The notes below the pieces were generated by a model that was not told where the DNA came from, ran no database searches, and saw only the letters and a list, made by a program, of their open reading frames with translations. Below, piece after piece: positions 8,347-18,925 of a stretch of 64,000 nt of DNA. The position numbers and the translations under genes were made by a program. Positions within the stretch are counted from its first letter, which is position 1. Each line of letters begins with the position of its first letter. The stretch covers positions 8,059-72,058 of IMG/VR virus record IMGVR_UViG_3300046780_000427; one strand, given 5' to 3'. Source of the DNA: a virus.

Positions 8347-11300
8347 GTGACGTTCGCCCGCGTGATCTATGACGTGGTAGCCCGTGACGGGGCTTCCCGG
8401 ACGTTCCGTCACATGGGTGATGAGGCCGGTTACGCCGAGGGGAGGGTGGCCCGGTTCGGGCGGGCGTTCGCCGCGGTCGGCATCGGCATCGGGATCGCCG
8501 GGGTGGCGATCGCCGCCGAGGCGGTCCGGATGGGGACCACGTTCCAGGCGGAGATGACCCGCATCCAAACCCAGGCCGGCGCGTCCGCGGGTGCGGTGAA
8601 GCAGTTGCAGGGTGAGGTCCTGCGCCTGGCGCAGTCCCACGCGCAGCAAGGCCCCAACGAGCTGGCCATGGCCCTCTACCACCTCAAATCCGTGGGCCTG
8701 GACAACGTTCACGCGATGCGGGCCCTGCGGGTCGCCTCAGACCTGGCGGCGGTCGGCGGGTCGAACCTGGAGGATACCACCAGTGCCCTCGCCGGCGCGT
8801 GGCGGTCCGGGATCAAGGGCGCCCAGTCGTTCGGCAAGACCGCGGCGACGGTGAACGCGATCATCGGCGCCGGGAACATGCGCATGACCGACTTCATCGC
8901 GTCCCTGTCTTCCGGGATCCTCCCGGCAGCCCGCACGTTCCACGTCTCCCTGTCGTCGGTGGGGTCTGCGCTGGCACTGATGACTGACGAGGGCATTCCC
9001 GCCGAGGTCGCCGCCACGAGGCTGAGGATGACCCTGTCGCTGATAGGTGCCCCGTCCGCTAAGGCCGCCGGGGCGCTGTCCACCATCGGCCTGCGCGCGG
9101 ACGACCTGGCCAAGAAGCTGATGCAACCGGGGCCGTCCGGCGGCCTCGTCGGTGCGATCGCACTGCTGAAACAACACCTGGACGCCTCCGGGCAGTCCGC
9201 GGTCCAGCAGGCGCAGACGATCGCGCACGCCTTCGGCGGCGGCCGGTCCTCCTCCGCGATCGAGACCCTGCTGAACAACCTCGGCGTGCTGGAGAAGAAG
9301 CAGACACAGATCAACAACACCACCGGCAAATACGGGGCCGCGGTCGTCGCGCAACGCAAAACCGCTGAGGCACAGTTCCACCGGCTCTCCTCCATCATCG
9401 AGGCGGCCGGTGTGCGGATCGGGCTGGCCCTGTTGCCGCCGGTGACCGCGTTCGTGTCGTTCATCGTCAACCGGGCCCTCCCGGCGGTGGGCACGTTCGG
9501 GTCCCGGGTCGGGCAGGTGTTCAACGCGATCATCCCGGTGGGGGCGATCAAACGGGACTGGCAGGACCTGATGCAGTTCCTGGGCCTGGCCAAGCCCAAG
9601 CCCGTGCACCTGGTCACCGGGGACCTGCTGCACCTGCCCCGCCCCGCGCCGCTGTATGCGGGTGACCTCCTGCACGCCAGGCCGTCACCGATGCTGGACC
9701 TGATCCACCCGTTGCCGAAGACAGCCGGGGACCAGCTCGTGGCCCCGCTGAAGGCGGGCATCATCGCGGCCCTGTCCGGATCCGGGTTCGGGATGGCCCT
9801 GGGTCATGCCCTGGGGACGGCATTCGGGTGGCTGGGGCAGCATTCGGCCGTGTTCATCGGCGGCCTGGTCAACACCCTGGCGCACCTGGACTGGGTGAGC
9901 ATCGGCAAAGCGGTCGGCGGGAACGCCCTCGGGTTCGCGATCGGGTTCATCTCCAACCTGGGCGCGGACCTGTTCTCCCCGTCGTTCTGGGAGCACCACT
10001 GGTGGGACCTGATCGTGGCGGTCCTGTCCGTGGGGCTGGTGGGGAAGTTCATCGGCCCCGTGGAGAAGATCATCAGCCATGTGCCGGTGCTGCGACTGTT
10101 CTCCCCGTTTCTCAAGGGCATCCAGAAAGTCGGCACCCCAATTTTTGACACCGTCTACTCGGCGGTCAAGGGCATCGGGCGGGCGTTTATCAAGGGGTTC
10201 GGGGACGTGTTCCCCGGGACGTTCGCCCGGCTGAGCAAATGGCTGGACCTCCTGCCGACCCGGATCGGGGTGTGGGCCATCCGGATCTACGACCTCGGCC
10301 GGCGGGCCCTGGTCGGGCTGGGGAACGGCATCCTCCGCGGCGCAGAGGGCCTAGGCAAGATCATCGGGACGATTATCAAGCGGCTAATTGACCCGTTCCG
10401 GCCTGCCGGCCTGTGGCTGGTCGAGTCCGGGATCAACCTGGTCAAGGGGCTCCTCGGCGGGATCCGCAGGTACATGGCCGGGATCGCCTCCTGGGTGAAG
10501 GGGAACATCGTTAACCCGATCGTCCACTGGGTCACGCATTTCTTCGGGATCAGCTCACCGTCTAAGGTCATGTTCGGGCTCGGCGGGCACATCATGACCG
10601 GGCTGCTGCACGGGATCATGTCCGGCGGCCGGAACCTCGGCGGGATGGTCCGCAAGGTGTTCGGGTCGATCCCGTCCGCGCTGGGTCACCTGGTCGAGAA
10701 GGGGATGGTCTCGATCTCCTCCCTCCCCGGCCGGGCCCTGCGCGCCCTCGGCGGGCTCGGGTCGGGGCTGCTCGGCGGCATCGCGAACCTGCTCGGTTTC
10801 AGCGGCGGGTCCGGGGTGGCGCAGTGGGGCTCCACCGTGGAGAAGGTCCTGGGGATGCTCGGCCTCCCTAAGTCCTACACGGGGATGTGGCTGCGGCAGA
10901 TCGCCACAGAATCCGGCGGCAACAGATTCGCCGTCAACTTGACCGACTCAAACGCCGCTGCCGGCCACCCGTCCATGGGCGTCCTTCAGACGATCATGTC
11001 CACGTTCCTGGCCTACTCCGGGCCGTTCCGGTCCCTGGGCGTTTTTAACGGATTGGCCGATATTTTCGCTGGGATCAACTATGCCCTCCACAGGTACGGC
11101 AGGGCCGGGATGCTCGGCGTCATCGGGCAGGGGCACGGTTACTGGCAGGGCGGGCCGATCACCGAGCCGATCACAGGCATCGGGCGCTCCGGGCGGTCCT
11201 ACAGCTTCGGGGAGAACGGGTTGCAGGAGTGGGTCACCCGCGGCCGCCCCGGCGGCCGGGGTGTCAATGGCGGGTTGACAGGCGGGCCGCTGATCCACGC

Positions 11301-11397
11301 GGACCAACTGGTGGTGCAGGACGCGACGGACGCGGAGCTGGTGGCCCGCAAGCTGGCCTTCCGGGTCATGGCCGCGAGCATGGGAGGGAACGGGTAG
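8347..11397 (+). CDS. Tape measure protein with C-terminal lytic transglycosylase (SLT) domain
   Basis: TP901-type N-terminus (FQAEMTRIQTQAG...ATRLRM); QIATESGGN...DSNAAAGHPSMGVLQTI SLT motif. Confidence 0.93.
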   Translation: MTFARVIYDVVARDGASRTFRHMGDEAGYAEGRVARFGRAFAAVGIGIGIAGVAIAAEAVRMGTTFQAEMTRIQTQAGASAGAVKQLQGEVLRLAQSHAQQGPNELAMALYHLKSVGLDNVHAMRALRVASDLAAVGGSNLEDTTSALAGAWRSGIKGAQSFGKTAATVNAIIGAGNMRMTDFIASLSSGILPAARTFHVSLSSVGSALALMTDEGIPAEVAATRLRMTLSLIGAPSAKAAGALSTIGLRADDLAKKLMQPGPSGGLVGAIALLKQHLDASGQSAVQQAQTIAHAFGGGRSSSAIETLLNNLGVLEKKQTQINNTTGKYGAAVVAQRKTAEAQFHRLSSIIEAAGVRIGLALLPPVTAFVSFIVNRALPAVGTFGSRVGQVFNAIIPVGAIKRDWQDLMQFLGLAKPKPVHLVTGDLLHLPRPAPLYAGDLLHARPSPMLDLIHPLPKTAGDQLVAPLKAGIIAALSGSGFGMALGHALGTAFGWLGQHSAVFIGGLVNTLAHLDWVSIGKAVGGNALGFAIGFISNLGADLFSPSFWEHHWWDLIVAVLSVGLVGKFIGPVEKIISHVPVLRLFSPFLKGIQKVGTPIFDTVYSAVKGIGRAFIKGFGDVFPGTFARLSKWLDLLPTRIGVWAIRIYDLGRRALVGLGNGILRGAEGLGKIIGTIIKRLIDPFRPAGLWLVESGINLVKGLLGGIRRYMAGIASWVKGNIVNPIVHWVTHFFGISSPSKVMFGLGGHIMTGLLHGIMSGGRNLGGMVRKVFGSIPSALGHLVEKGMVSISSLPGRALRALGGLGSGLLGGIANLLGFSGGSGVAQWGSTVEKVLGMLGLPKSYTGMWLRQIATESGGNRFAVNLTDSNAAAGHPSMGVLQTIMSTFLAYSGPFRSLGVFNGLADIFAGINYALHRYGRAGMLGVIGQGHGYWQGGPITEPITGIGRSGRSYSFGENGLQEWVTRGRPGGRGVNGGLTGGPLIHADQLVVQDATDAELVARKLAFRVMAASMGGNG
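11262..11280. promoter_or_regulatory. TGTCAA-N7-TTGACA palindrome (intragenic)
   Basis: tgtcaa tggcggg ttgaca. Confidence 0.7.
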
Positions 11398-12291
11398 ATG
11401 GCCCTCACCGGCATGACCCTGACCGACCCGTCCTCCGGGCTGACCGTGGTCATCTACCCGCGGGACGGGGTCTCCTCCGCGGGGATTGACGCGTCTGCGC
11501 CGGCGCGGGCGCAGGTGGAGCCGAGGGTGGGTGCCCGCGGCGGGGTTGATACGACTGCCTTCCTGGATGAGGGCGTGCTGTCCCTGTCGCTGCTGCTGTA
11601 CCCGGGGCAGTTCACGGCGCAGACCCCGGAGGGGTTCCTTGATGAGATCGCCCCGCTCCTGGACCCCAGGCTGCGGCCGGTGCTGACCGTCACCAACGAT
11701 GCCTGGCCGGGGAAGCGGCAGGTGACCCTCCGGTTCGACTCCATCGCCAAACCGTGGACGGACCCGACGCAGTGGCCGGTGCAGGTCAACTGGACCGTGC
11801 CGGGGGCGTGCTGGGAGGACGCCCTGGTGACCTCGGCGGTGATCAACGCGTTCGCCACCGACCAGACCGGCACCGGCCTGGTCTTTGACGTGCCGGGCCT
11901 GGCGGTGACCTCCGCGGGGATCACGTTCCCGCCGACGAACACCCCCGCCCCATCGCAGGTGATCAACCCGGGCACCGCGGCTGCGCAGTGGACTGGGCTG
12001 CTGTACGGGCCGTGCACCGGCCCGAAGCTGGCGAATGACATCGCCGGCCTGACCTTGGAGTTCACCGATGCGCTGCAACTGGGGCAGGGGTCCTACCTGG
12101 CGCTGGATTCCCAGGCGCAGTCGGCCCTGGTGAACGGCGACCCGCTCTCGGATGTGACCGGGCTGCTGAACTTCGGTTCCTCCTCCTGGTGGCAGATGAA
12201 CCCGGGCCTCAACGTGATCCGGTACTACCCGACCGACGCGGACGACGGGGCGGTTGCCAGCTTGTCGTTCCGCGGCGCCTACCCGCTCTAG
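11398..12291 (+). CDS. Distal tail protein (Dit)
   Basis: Follows TMP; INPGT...GPCTGP...WWQMNPGLNVIRY. Confidence 0.8.
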   Translation: MALTGMTLTDPSSGLTVVIYPRDGVSSAGIDASAPARAQVEPRVGARGGVDTTAFLDEGVLSLSLLLYPGQFTAQTPEGFLDEIAPLLDPRLRPVLTVTNDAWPGKRQVTLRFDSIAKPWTDPTQWPVQVNWTVPGACWEDALVTSAVINAFATDQTGTGLVFDVPGLAVTSAGITFPPTNTPAPSQVINPGTAAAQWTGLLYGPCTGPKLANDIAGLTLEFTDALQLGQGSYLALDSQAQSALVNGDPLSDVTGLLNFGSSSWWQMNPGLNVIRYYPTDADDGAVASLSFRGAYPL

Positions 12292-12303
12292 GAGGGCCTG
12301 GCC

Positions 12304-13269
12304 ATGACGCTGCATGTCCCGGTGTGGTTGCAGCCCGCGGGCGGCGACTCTGCCATCAACTACTCCGCGCAGGAGGCCCGGCAGTACAACCGGGCGCTGC
12401 TGACCAGCTCGACCGGCGTCGGGGGGCAGCAGGGTGTCCTGACCTTCTCTAACCTCAACGTCGTCCAACGGGGCGCGGGGGCGAACCTGTCCGTTGATGT
12501 GCCGGCCGGGCTGGGGTTCGTTGTCGGGGATGACACCACCAACCAGGGCACTTACCAGGTTTGGAACGACGCCACGGTCAACGTGCCGACGCCGAACCCG
12601 CCGGGGTCAGGCACCCAGGTTCACCGCCTGGTGTTGCAGGTGCAGGACAAGCTGAACAACGGTGTCTGGGCCGGCTACCAGGCCGCTTTCACGGTCCTGG
12701 CTGACACCGGCAGCGGCACCCCGGCGGAGCCGAACTCCGCGATCACCCTCGCGCTGATCTCCATCAGCTCGGTGCAGTCGTCCGTGCAGAACGCGCAGAT
12801 CACCGACTACCGGCAGCGCGTCGGGCCTATCGGGGTGCTCAAGTCGTCTGACACCTCGAATGCGGGCACGTCCCTGGCTGATGACCCGCACCTGCAGCTC
12901 CTCAACCTCCAGGCCAACACCAAGTACTCCTTCGATGCGCAGATCATGTACTCCGGCGGCACCGGCGGCAACGAGTCTGACCTGACGTTCAAGTTCCGCA
13001 CGGCCGGGATCTCCTACTCCCACCTCAACCGGCTGAACTACAACCTGTCCGGGGCGCTGGTGTGGAACACGCAGGCGATCGGGGACACGATCACCAACTG
13101 CCAGACGATCGGCACCACTAACCCGGACTCGCCGTTGCTGATCGGCGGGGATGTGGAGACCGGCAACGCGCCCTGCTGGGCGATCATGCAATTCGCCCAG
13201 ACCAACTCCTCCGGGACGTTCACCTGGCTGCGCCAGGGGTCCCGGATCACGATGCGCCCGATGGGCTAA
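12304..13269 (+). CDS. Minor tail / baseplate protein
   Basis: VVQRGAGANLSVDVPAG...LALI...ITDYR N-terminal baseplate motif. Confidence 0.75.
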   Translation: MTLHVPVWLQPAGGDSAINYSAQEARQYNRALLTSSTGVGGQQGVLTFSNLNVVQRGAGANLSVDVPAGLGFVVGDDTTNQGTYQVWNDATVNVPTPNPPGSGTQVHRLVLQVQDKLNNGVWAGYQAAFTVLADTGSGTPAEPNSAITLALISISSVQSSVQNAQITDYRQRVGPIGVLKSSDTSNAGTSLADDPHLQLLNLQANTKYSFDAQIMYSGGTGGNESDLTFKFRTAGISYSHLNRLNYNLSGALVWNTQAIGDTITNCQTIGTTNPDSPLLIGGDVETGNAPCWAIMQFAQTNSSGTFTWLRQGSRITMRPMG

Positions 13270-13280
13270 CAGGAGGACCT

Positions 13281-13748
13281 ATGGCTGAGCACCTGTATGA
13301 GGTGGCCGTCACCAAGACCACCGCCGGCGCGGCCGCGGGGCCGATCGCGACGATCGTCCCGGCGACACCGGGGGCGGGGATCCGGCTTCCGGAGATCCGG
13401 GAGATCTGGGTGATCAACAACGGCGGCGGGGTGGAGGAGATCGCCCTGGGCATCCCCGCCGCCGCTGGCACGGGCGCGGTCACCGGGAAGACCGTCCAGC
13501 CGTTGAACACCGCTGACCCGGCAGGGCACACCCAGCTCGCCACGTCGTTTGCGACGACGCAGCCGACCGCGCCGGCGAACCCGTTCCGGCAGGAGATGAT
13601 GCAGGCCGTCGCCGGGTACAAGGTGCCGTGGATCTGGGGGATGGCCGCGTTCATCCCGGTGGTCGGGGCCACCGTGTCCCAGATTGTGATCTGGCAGCTC
13701 ACCGCGGTCAACAACGCCTACGACATTTACATCCAGACCGCCGAATAG
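13281..13748 (+). CDS. Putative minor tail protein
   Basis: AGGAGG RBS; located in tail module. Confidence 0.65.
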   Translation: MAEHLYEVAVTKTTAGAAAGPIATIVPATPGAGIRLPEIREIWVINNGGGVEEIALGIPAAAGTGAVTGKTVQPLNTADPAGHTQLATSFATTQPTAPANPFRQEMMQAVAGYKVPWIWGMAAFIPVVGATVSQIVIWQLTAVNNAYDIYIQTAE

Positions 13749-13765
13749 CCGTTTAGGGAGCCTGG

Positions 13766-16700
13766 GTGTCGTTCGCGCCGGTCCGCCTTGACGGAGGCGG
13801 CTGCGGCAACGTCATGGTCTTGTCCCCGGACAGGTCCAAGCTGCTTGTCGGTTCCGACACGCAGGGGTATTACCTGACGGCGACGGCGACCCTCGGGAAC
13901 CACTACACGGTGCAGAACACCGGCATCGGGGTCAAGCCGTTCTGGCGGCAGTGCGCGGCCCTGTGGTGGTCCACCGTCGAGACGAATGTGATCTACTCCC
14001 TCACCGGGGAGAACGGCCTCGCCGGCCGCGGCGGCCTCCTGGCCGGGGTCTACTCACCGGCCACCGGAAACATCAAATGGGGGATCCGGTCGGCGGTGCC
14101 GCAAGGGTGCGGGAACCACCGCACGTCTACCCCGGCGGGGCTGCCGTCCAACGGGTGGCAGCGCTCGACCGGGCTGCTCCTGTTTCAGAACTCCCTCAAC
14201 CTGTTCGCCGCGACCTACAACCAGGGGGTGCTGCGCAGCAGCAACACCGGGGGGACCGGGGTCGCGGGCACTGACGACTTCCCGGTTGCGGTGCAGATGG
14301 CCGGGGCAGCACCAGGGACGGGGAACTGGTTCGCCACGTCGATCTGCGCGGACCTGACCAACGTCCCCGCCGGGACCACGTTCTATGCCTCGTTCTACGA
14401 CGTGAACGGCAACCCGGCCGGCCTGTACAAGTGCACCAACGCGAACGCGGCCACCCCGAACCTCACCGCCGTCTCCATGACGAGCGGTCCCACCCAGGGC
14501 ATCGAGGAGGTCTTCCAGCTAGGCGACTACCTGTACTGCGCCGCCGGGAACCAGGGCATCTACAGGTACGGGCCCCTGTCCGGCAGTCCGGCCTGGTCGG
14601 CTATCAACGGGGCCTCCGTGCCGACCACGGCAACAAACTGGTGGTGCACGGTCGCCGGGTACATCGACGGGTCCGGCAACCACGTGTTGCTCGTCGGGGA
14701 CTCCAACCCGACCGCCGGGGTGCTCGGCAAAACCCTCATGTCCCTGTCCGGTGCACCAGGCGCGGGCACCGGCTCCATCACCTACACCAGCCTTACCGGG
14801 GCGGTGCAAATCGCGAACGTCCCCTCGGGGCCGTCGAGTTCTTACCCGTGGTGGATCCCGGTGTCCGGGCTGCATGTGTTCCTGGGCGGGGTCGGGTACA
14901 TCTGCCCGTTTGTAGTGGTGGACGGCACCACCCCCGCGTCCCCGAATGCGTACTGCGCCGGGTCCGGCGGGTCGTACAGGTCGATTGGGAACCTGACCTC
15001 CTGGACGGTGGCCGACTCCGGGATGCCCATGTTCCTGGGCCACCCGGTCGCGGTGTCTCCGACGCACGCGGATGAGATCGAGTTCGGCGATTCGGACTGG
15101 GGGCTGTTCTTCGACCAGGCCGCCAACGGCGGCGAGGACGCCACAACCCTGATCCAGGAGGCCCCGCAGCCTTCGACGCAGGGGTTCTCTGTTGCGTTCT
15201 CTGAGGACGGCGGCACTGTTTACGCGGGCAACGGTGCTAAGTACACCAACGCCTCAGGGAAGGTGTGGTCTAGGCCGCGGGGCTCCCCGAACGGGTGGGT
15301 CTCGATGGCCCTGGAATCCCACACCTCCAACAAGGTCGCCATCGGCCTGGCCGCGTTCAACGACACCGGCGGCAACCAGATCGTCTGCGCCTCGGTGTGG
15401 GGGTCAGGGCTGTGGCGGTGGAACGGCACGGCCTGGTCCAACCGGAACGCTTCCATCGGCGCCTCGGGTGCGACCGGCACGGCGATGCACGTCGTCTACT
15501 CCGGCGCCGGCCTGGTGTGGGCGTATGACCGGGGCAACGGGATCTGGCGGTCCACCGACTACGGGCTGACGTGGACCAACGTGTGGTCCAAGGTTTCCAC
15601 TGACAGCCTGTCCGGGACCACTGCCTACAACAGGTCCCTGGGCGGCACCGGCCGCCTGTGGGTGTCCACCGGCGGGCACCTGTACAAGCTCGGCGGCGCG
15701 GACTCCGGGACGGTGGCAGGCGGGTCGGTCACCGGCTCCGGCGCGTCCGTGTTCTGCCCCGGGTCCGGGGTGCCTGGCCCGGTGGCCTACGACCATGCCG
15801 GGGGGATCATCCTCGCCACGCAGGACCAGGGCAACGGGTCCGGGTTGTGGCGGTCGGTGGATGACGGGGTGACGTGGCAGGACATCACCGGCGGCGACGG
15901 GTCGTTCGCGAGGGCGAACGCCAACCCCGAATACATGACTGTCTCGCCGGTCAACGGGCGCGTCTACGTGTCCGGGTCCAACGTGGTTGTCCAGGGCCTC
16001 CCCGGCGGTGGTGGCGGGCCGCCGCCGGGGACCTCGCTGCCGTTCACGTTCGTGCAGACCTCCGCGAACAACGCGGCCGCGTCGGGGGTGCTGGCCCTGT
16101 GGTTCGGGGAGACCTCCGGCGGGCCGGGCCCGGGCGGCCTCGGGCTGCCCTCCCAGGTCGGGTCCCTGCTCGTAGCCAGGTTGCAGAACAACGACGGCAC
16201 GGCGACGATCACCGCGCCGCCTGGGTGGGTGCTGGTCGCGGACCACCCGGCGCAGGCCACCACCGGCACCGCCCGCGCGCTGACGTATGCCTACCTCAAT
16301 AACCCTGGCGGGCTCGGTTCGGCGGTGACCGCGCCGACCATCCTCCCGGCCGGGCTGCGCCGGAACCCGCCAGGCAGCGCCGCTGGAGCGTACGCCGCGG
16401 CGCTGGCAGTCACAGGCGGGCCGTCCGGTCTCGGGCGCCCGGCCGCCCCGGTGCCCGCGGGGGGCCCGCTTGTGATCCTGCATGGTGCGAACTCCCAGCC
16501 CGGGTCGGGCACCCCGGCGCCGGTGACGGGGGCGGTGGTGTTCACCAGCTCCAACACTGCCGCGCCGTTCAAGGGCCGCCTGGTGGAGTACTCGACCCCG
16601 GCGGGGTCGGTGCAGGCCGTGGACGCCGTGGGTGTTGCGGGGGCGCAGGCTGCGGCCACGTCGCTGCCGGTCACCGCGTCGGCGGCGAACACGTTCACCG

Positions 16701-18898
16701 GCGGCCTGGCCGTGGCCAACTTCGCCTCCGGGTGGTCGGTCAACCAGGCCAGCGGCTCCTGGTCCACCCCAGGCGGGTGGACCGCTGAGGGCAGCGTCAA
16801 CAACACGTCGGTGAACTTCGGCCTGTTCGACCAGACCGGCATCGGCGCCGGCCCGGCCACGGTCACTACCACCGAGGCGGCAGGCACCGGAGGGACGGAG
16901 AACGGGTGGGCGGCGGTCCTGGCCACGTTCTACGCGACCCCCGGCACCCCGGTCCAGATCCAGACCACCACCCTGCCCGGTGGCAGCACCGGGGTTCCCT
17001 ATAACCAGACCATTGCCGGGATCAACGGGGTGCTGCCCTACTCGTGGGCGGTGACCTCCGGGACCCTCCCCACGAGCGTGTCTTTCTCCAGCGCGGGGGT
17101 GCTGTCCGGGACACCCACGGTGGCGGGGTCCTACTCCTTCGGCGTGACGGTGACCGACTTCGCCGGGCAGACCGCGACCGCGACATTCACCATCGTGATC
17201 GCCGCTGCCGTGGTCATCACCACCACCAGCCCGCTGCCAGGCGGCACAACCGGAGTGGCCTACTCAGTGCAGTTCCTCCGCACCGGGGGAACCGGGCCGT
17301 TCACCTGGGCGGTCGTCGCCGGCACGCTGCCACCGGGGCTGGCGCTCGGCACCGCCCACGGGTTCCTGAACGGCACACCCGTCCTGGCCGGGACCTACAC
17401 GTTCACCGTCCAGGTCACCGACGCCAACGGGCTCACCGCGACCCTGGCCTGCTCGCTGACCATCGTCTCCGGTGTTCTGACGATCGCCACGCAGGTCCTC
17501 TCCTTCGCAGCGCTCGGCCAGCCCTACACCGCGGTCCTCCAGGCGATCCTGGGGACGCCGCCTTACACCTGGTCGCTGCTCACCGGCTCCCTGCCACCGG
17601 GCCTGGCCCTGGACACTGCCGGGAACCTGACCGGCACCGCGAACACCCGAGGGTCCTACACATTCACCGTCAAAGTCACTGATGCGGTTGCGGCGACGGC
17701 GACCGCGTCGTTCACGATCACGGTCTACCTGCTGATCCCGGCGCCGGTGATCCCCGGGCCGTGGCGGATCATGTTCGGCCCCGCCCAGCCGGCCACCGGG
17801 ATTAACGGGATCATCGGCCAGGCGCAAACCCGGAACGTCACCCTCCGCACCGAACCTGATCAGGCCGACCAGGTGGACATCGACATTGACGGCAGGTCCG
17901 CGCCGGCGCTGGGGATCACCGAGCTGCAAACCGACTTCATGGTGCTATTCGGTGACCGGCCGGTGTTCATCGGCCGGGTCGGGGCCACCTCCGACACCCT
18001 GGACTCGGGGGCGCACCGGGCCACGTTCACCGCCCTGGACTACAGGTCGGTGCTGCGCCGCCGGGCGATCCTCCCAGCCGGCGCCGGCAGTCCCGGGTCG
18101 CAGTTGTCGTGGACCAGCATCGAGCAGGCCACGATCGTGTGGAACATGCTCCAGGACGTGCAGGCGAAAGTCGCCGGGGACCTCGGCATCGCCCGGGGCA
18201 TCGGGCAGTCCACCGGCACCGTGCGGACCTATACCGCGACGTATGGTGACATGGCCGGTGATGACATCACGACCCTGGCGCAGATGGTCAACGGTTTCGA
18301 GTGGGCGGTCAACCCGCGGAACGCGCAGTTCACCGACCTGCGGCTGGACCTGTTCTCCCCGGTCCAGGGCTCCGATAACGGGGTGGTGCTGCGGTACGGC
18401 GACGGGCTGGTCGCCAACATCAGCCGGGTGGTGGACCCGTCCACCTACGGCAACGCGGGATATTTCACCGGGAACTCCTCTAAATCCCTCAACGCGGTGC
18501 AGCTGGCCTCGGGGCTGGTGCTGCCGCCGAACGGGCCGGGCCGGTGGGATGTGGTGGTCGGCACCCAGGACAACACCCAGTCGTCCCTCAACGACGATGC
18601 GGCCGGGCAGTTCGGCCAGGCGCAGGTCGTCACCCCGGCCTACACGATCGTCCTGTACCCGGGGGCGTGGGGTGCCGCGGGCGGGCCGGACTGGCTGTGG
18701 AAGGGCGACTTTGTCACGGTGCAGATTGATGACGGCCGCCTGGAGGTCAACGACCGGCTGCGGGTGGTTGAGATGTCGTTCGACATCGGCAACGACAATG
18801 TGGAGACCCTGACCCTGACCGTGGGGCTGATCCCGTTCCGGGTTGACAAGAAGATCCCGGTGATCTTCCGCCGGCTCCGGTACCTGGAAACTAGGTAG
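13766..18898 (+). CDS. Large tail protein: BNR/Asp-box beta-propeller, tandem Ig-like repeats, C-terminal Tal/Gp37-like hub
   Basis: RSTDYGLTW and RSVDDGVTW Asp-boxes; three LPxG...Y...G..PY/FxW...GxLP.G...GTP..G.Y.F.V.VTD repeats; hub-like C-terminus (GDFVTVQIDDGRL...RVVEMSF). Confidence 0.8.
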   Translation: MSFAPVRLDGGGCGNVMVLSPDRSKLLVGSDTQGYYLTATATLGNHYTVQNTGIGVKPFWRQCAALWWSTVETNVIYSLTGENGLAGRGGLLAGVYSPATGNIKWGIRSAVPQGCGNHRTSTPAGLPSNGWQRSTGLLLFQNSLNLFAATYNQGVLRSSNTGGTGVAGTDDFPVAVQMAGAAPGTGNWFATSICADLTNVPAGTTFYASFYDVNGNPAGLYKCTNANAATPNLTAVSMTSGPTQGIEEVFQLGDYLYCAAGNQGIYRYGPLSGSPAWSAINGASVPTTATNWWCTVAGYIDGSGNHVLLVGDSNPTAGVLGKTLMSLSGAPGAGTGSITYTSLTGAVQIANVPSGPSSSYPWWIPVSGLHVFLGGVGYICPFVVVDGTTPASPNAYCAGSGGSYRSIGNLTSWTVADSGMPMFLGHPVAVSPTHADEIEFGDSDWGLFFDQAANGGEDATTLIQEAPQPSTQGFSVAFSEDGGTVYAGNGAKYTNASGKVWSRPRGSPNGWVSMALESHTSNKVAIGLAAFNDTGGNQIVCASVWGSGLWRWNGTAWSNRNASIGASGATGTAMHVVYSGAGLVWAYDRGNGIWRSTDYGLTWTNVWSKVSTDSLSGTTAYNRSLGGTGRLWVSTGGHLYKLGGADSGTVAGGSVTGSGASVFCPGSGVPGPVAYDHAGGIILATQDQGNGSGLWRSVDDGVTWQDITGGDGSFARANANPEYMTVSPVNGRVYVSGSNVVVQGLPGGGGGPPPGTSLPFTFVQTSANNAAASGVLALWFGETSGGPGPGGLGLPSQVGSLLVARLQNNDGTATITAPPGWVLVADHPAQATTGTARALTYAYLNNPGGLGSAVTAPTILPAGLRRNPPGSAAGAYAAALAVTGGPSGLGRPAAPVPAGGPLVILHGANSQPGSGTPAPVTGAVVFTSSNTAAPFKGRLVEYSTPAGSVQAVDAVGVAGAQAAATSLPVTASAANTFTGGLAVANFASGWSVNQASGSWSTPGGWTAEGSVNNTSVNFGLFDQTGIGAGPATVTTTEAAGTGGTENGWAAVLATFYATPGTPVQIQTTTLPGGSTGVPYNQTIAGINGVLPYSWAVTSGTLPTSVSFSSAGVLSGTPTVAGSYSFGVTVTDFAGQTATATFTIVIAAAVVITTTSPLPGGTTGVAYSVQFLRTGGTGPFTWAVVAGTLPPGLALGTAHGFLNGTPVLAGTYTFTVQVTDANGLTATLACSLTIVSGVLTIATQVLSFAALGQPYTAVLQAILGTPPYTWSLLTGSLPPGLALDTAGNLTGTANTRGSYTFTVKVTDAVAATATASFTITVYLLIPAPVIPGPWRIMFGPAQPATGINGIIGQAQTRNVTLRTEPDQADQVDIDIDGRSAPALGITELQTDFMVLFGDRPVFIGRVGATSDTLDSGAHRATFTALDYRSVLRRRAILPAGAGSPGSQLSWTSIEQATIVWNMLQDVQAKVAGDLGIARGIGQSTGTVRTYTATYGDMAGDDITTLAQMVNGFEWAVNPRNAQFTDLRLDLFSPVQGSDNGVVLRYGDGLVANISRVVDPSTYGNAGYFTGNSSKSLNAVQLASGLVLPPNGPGRWDVVVGTQDNTQSSLNDDAAGQFGQAQVVTPAYTIVLYPGAWGAAGGPDWLWKGDFVTVQIDDGRLEVNDRLRVVEMSFDIGNDNVETLTLTVGLIPFRVDKKIPVIFRRLRYLETR

Positions 18899-18925
18899 GG
18901 CCTAGGTTCTAGAGAGGACGGATTG

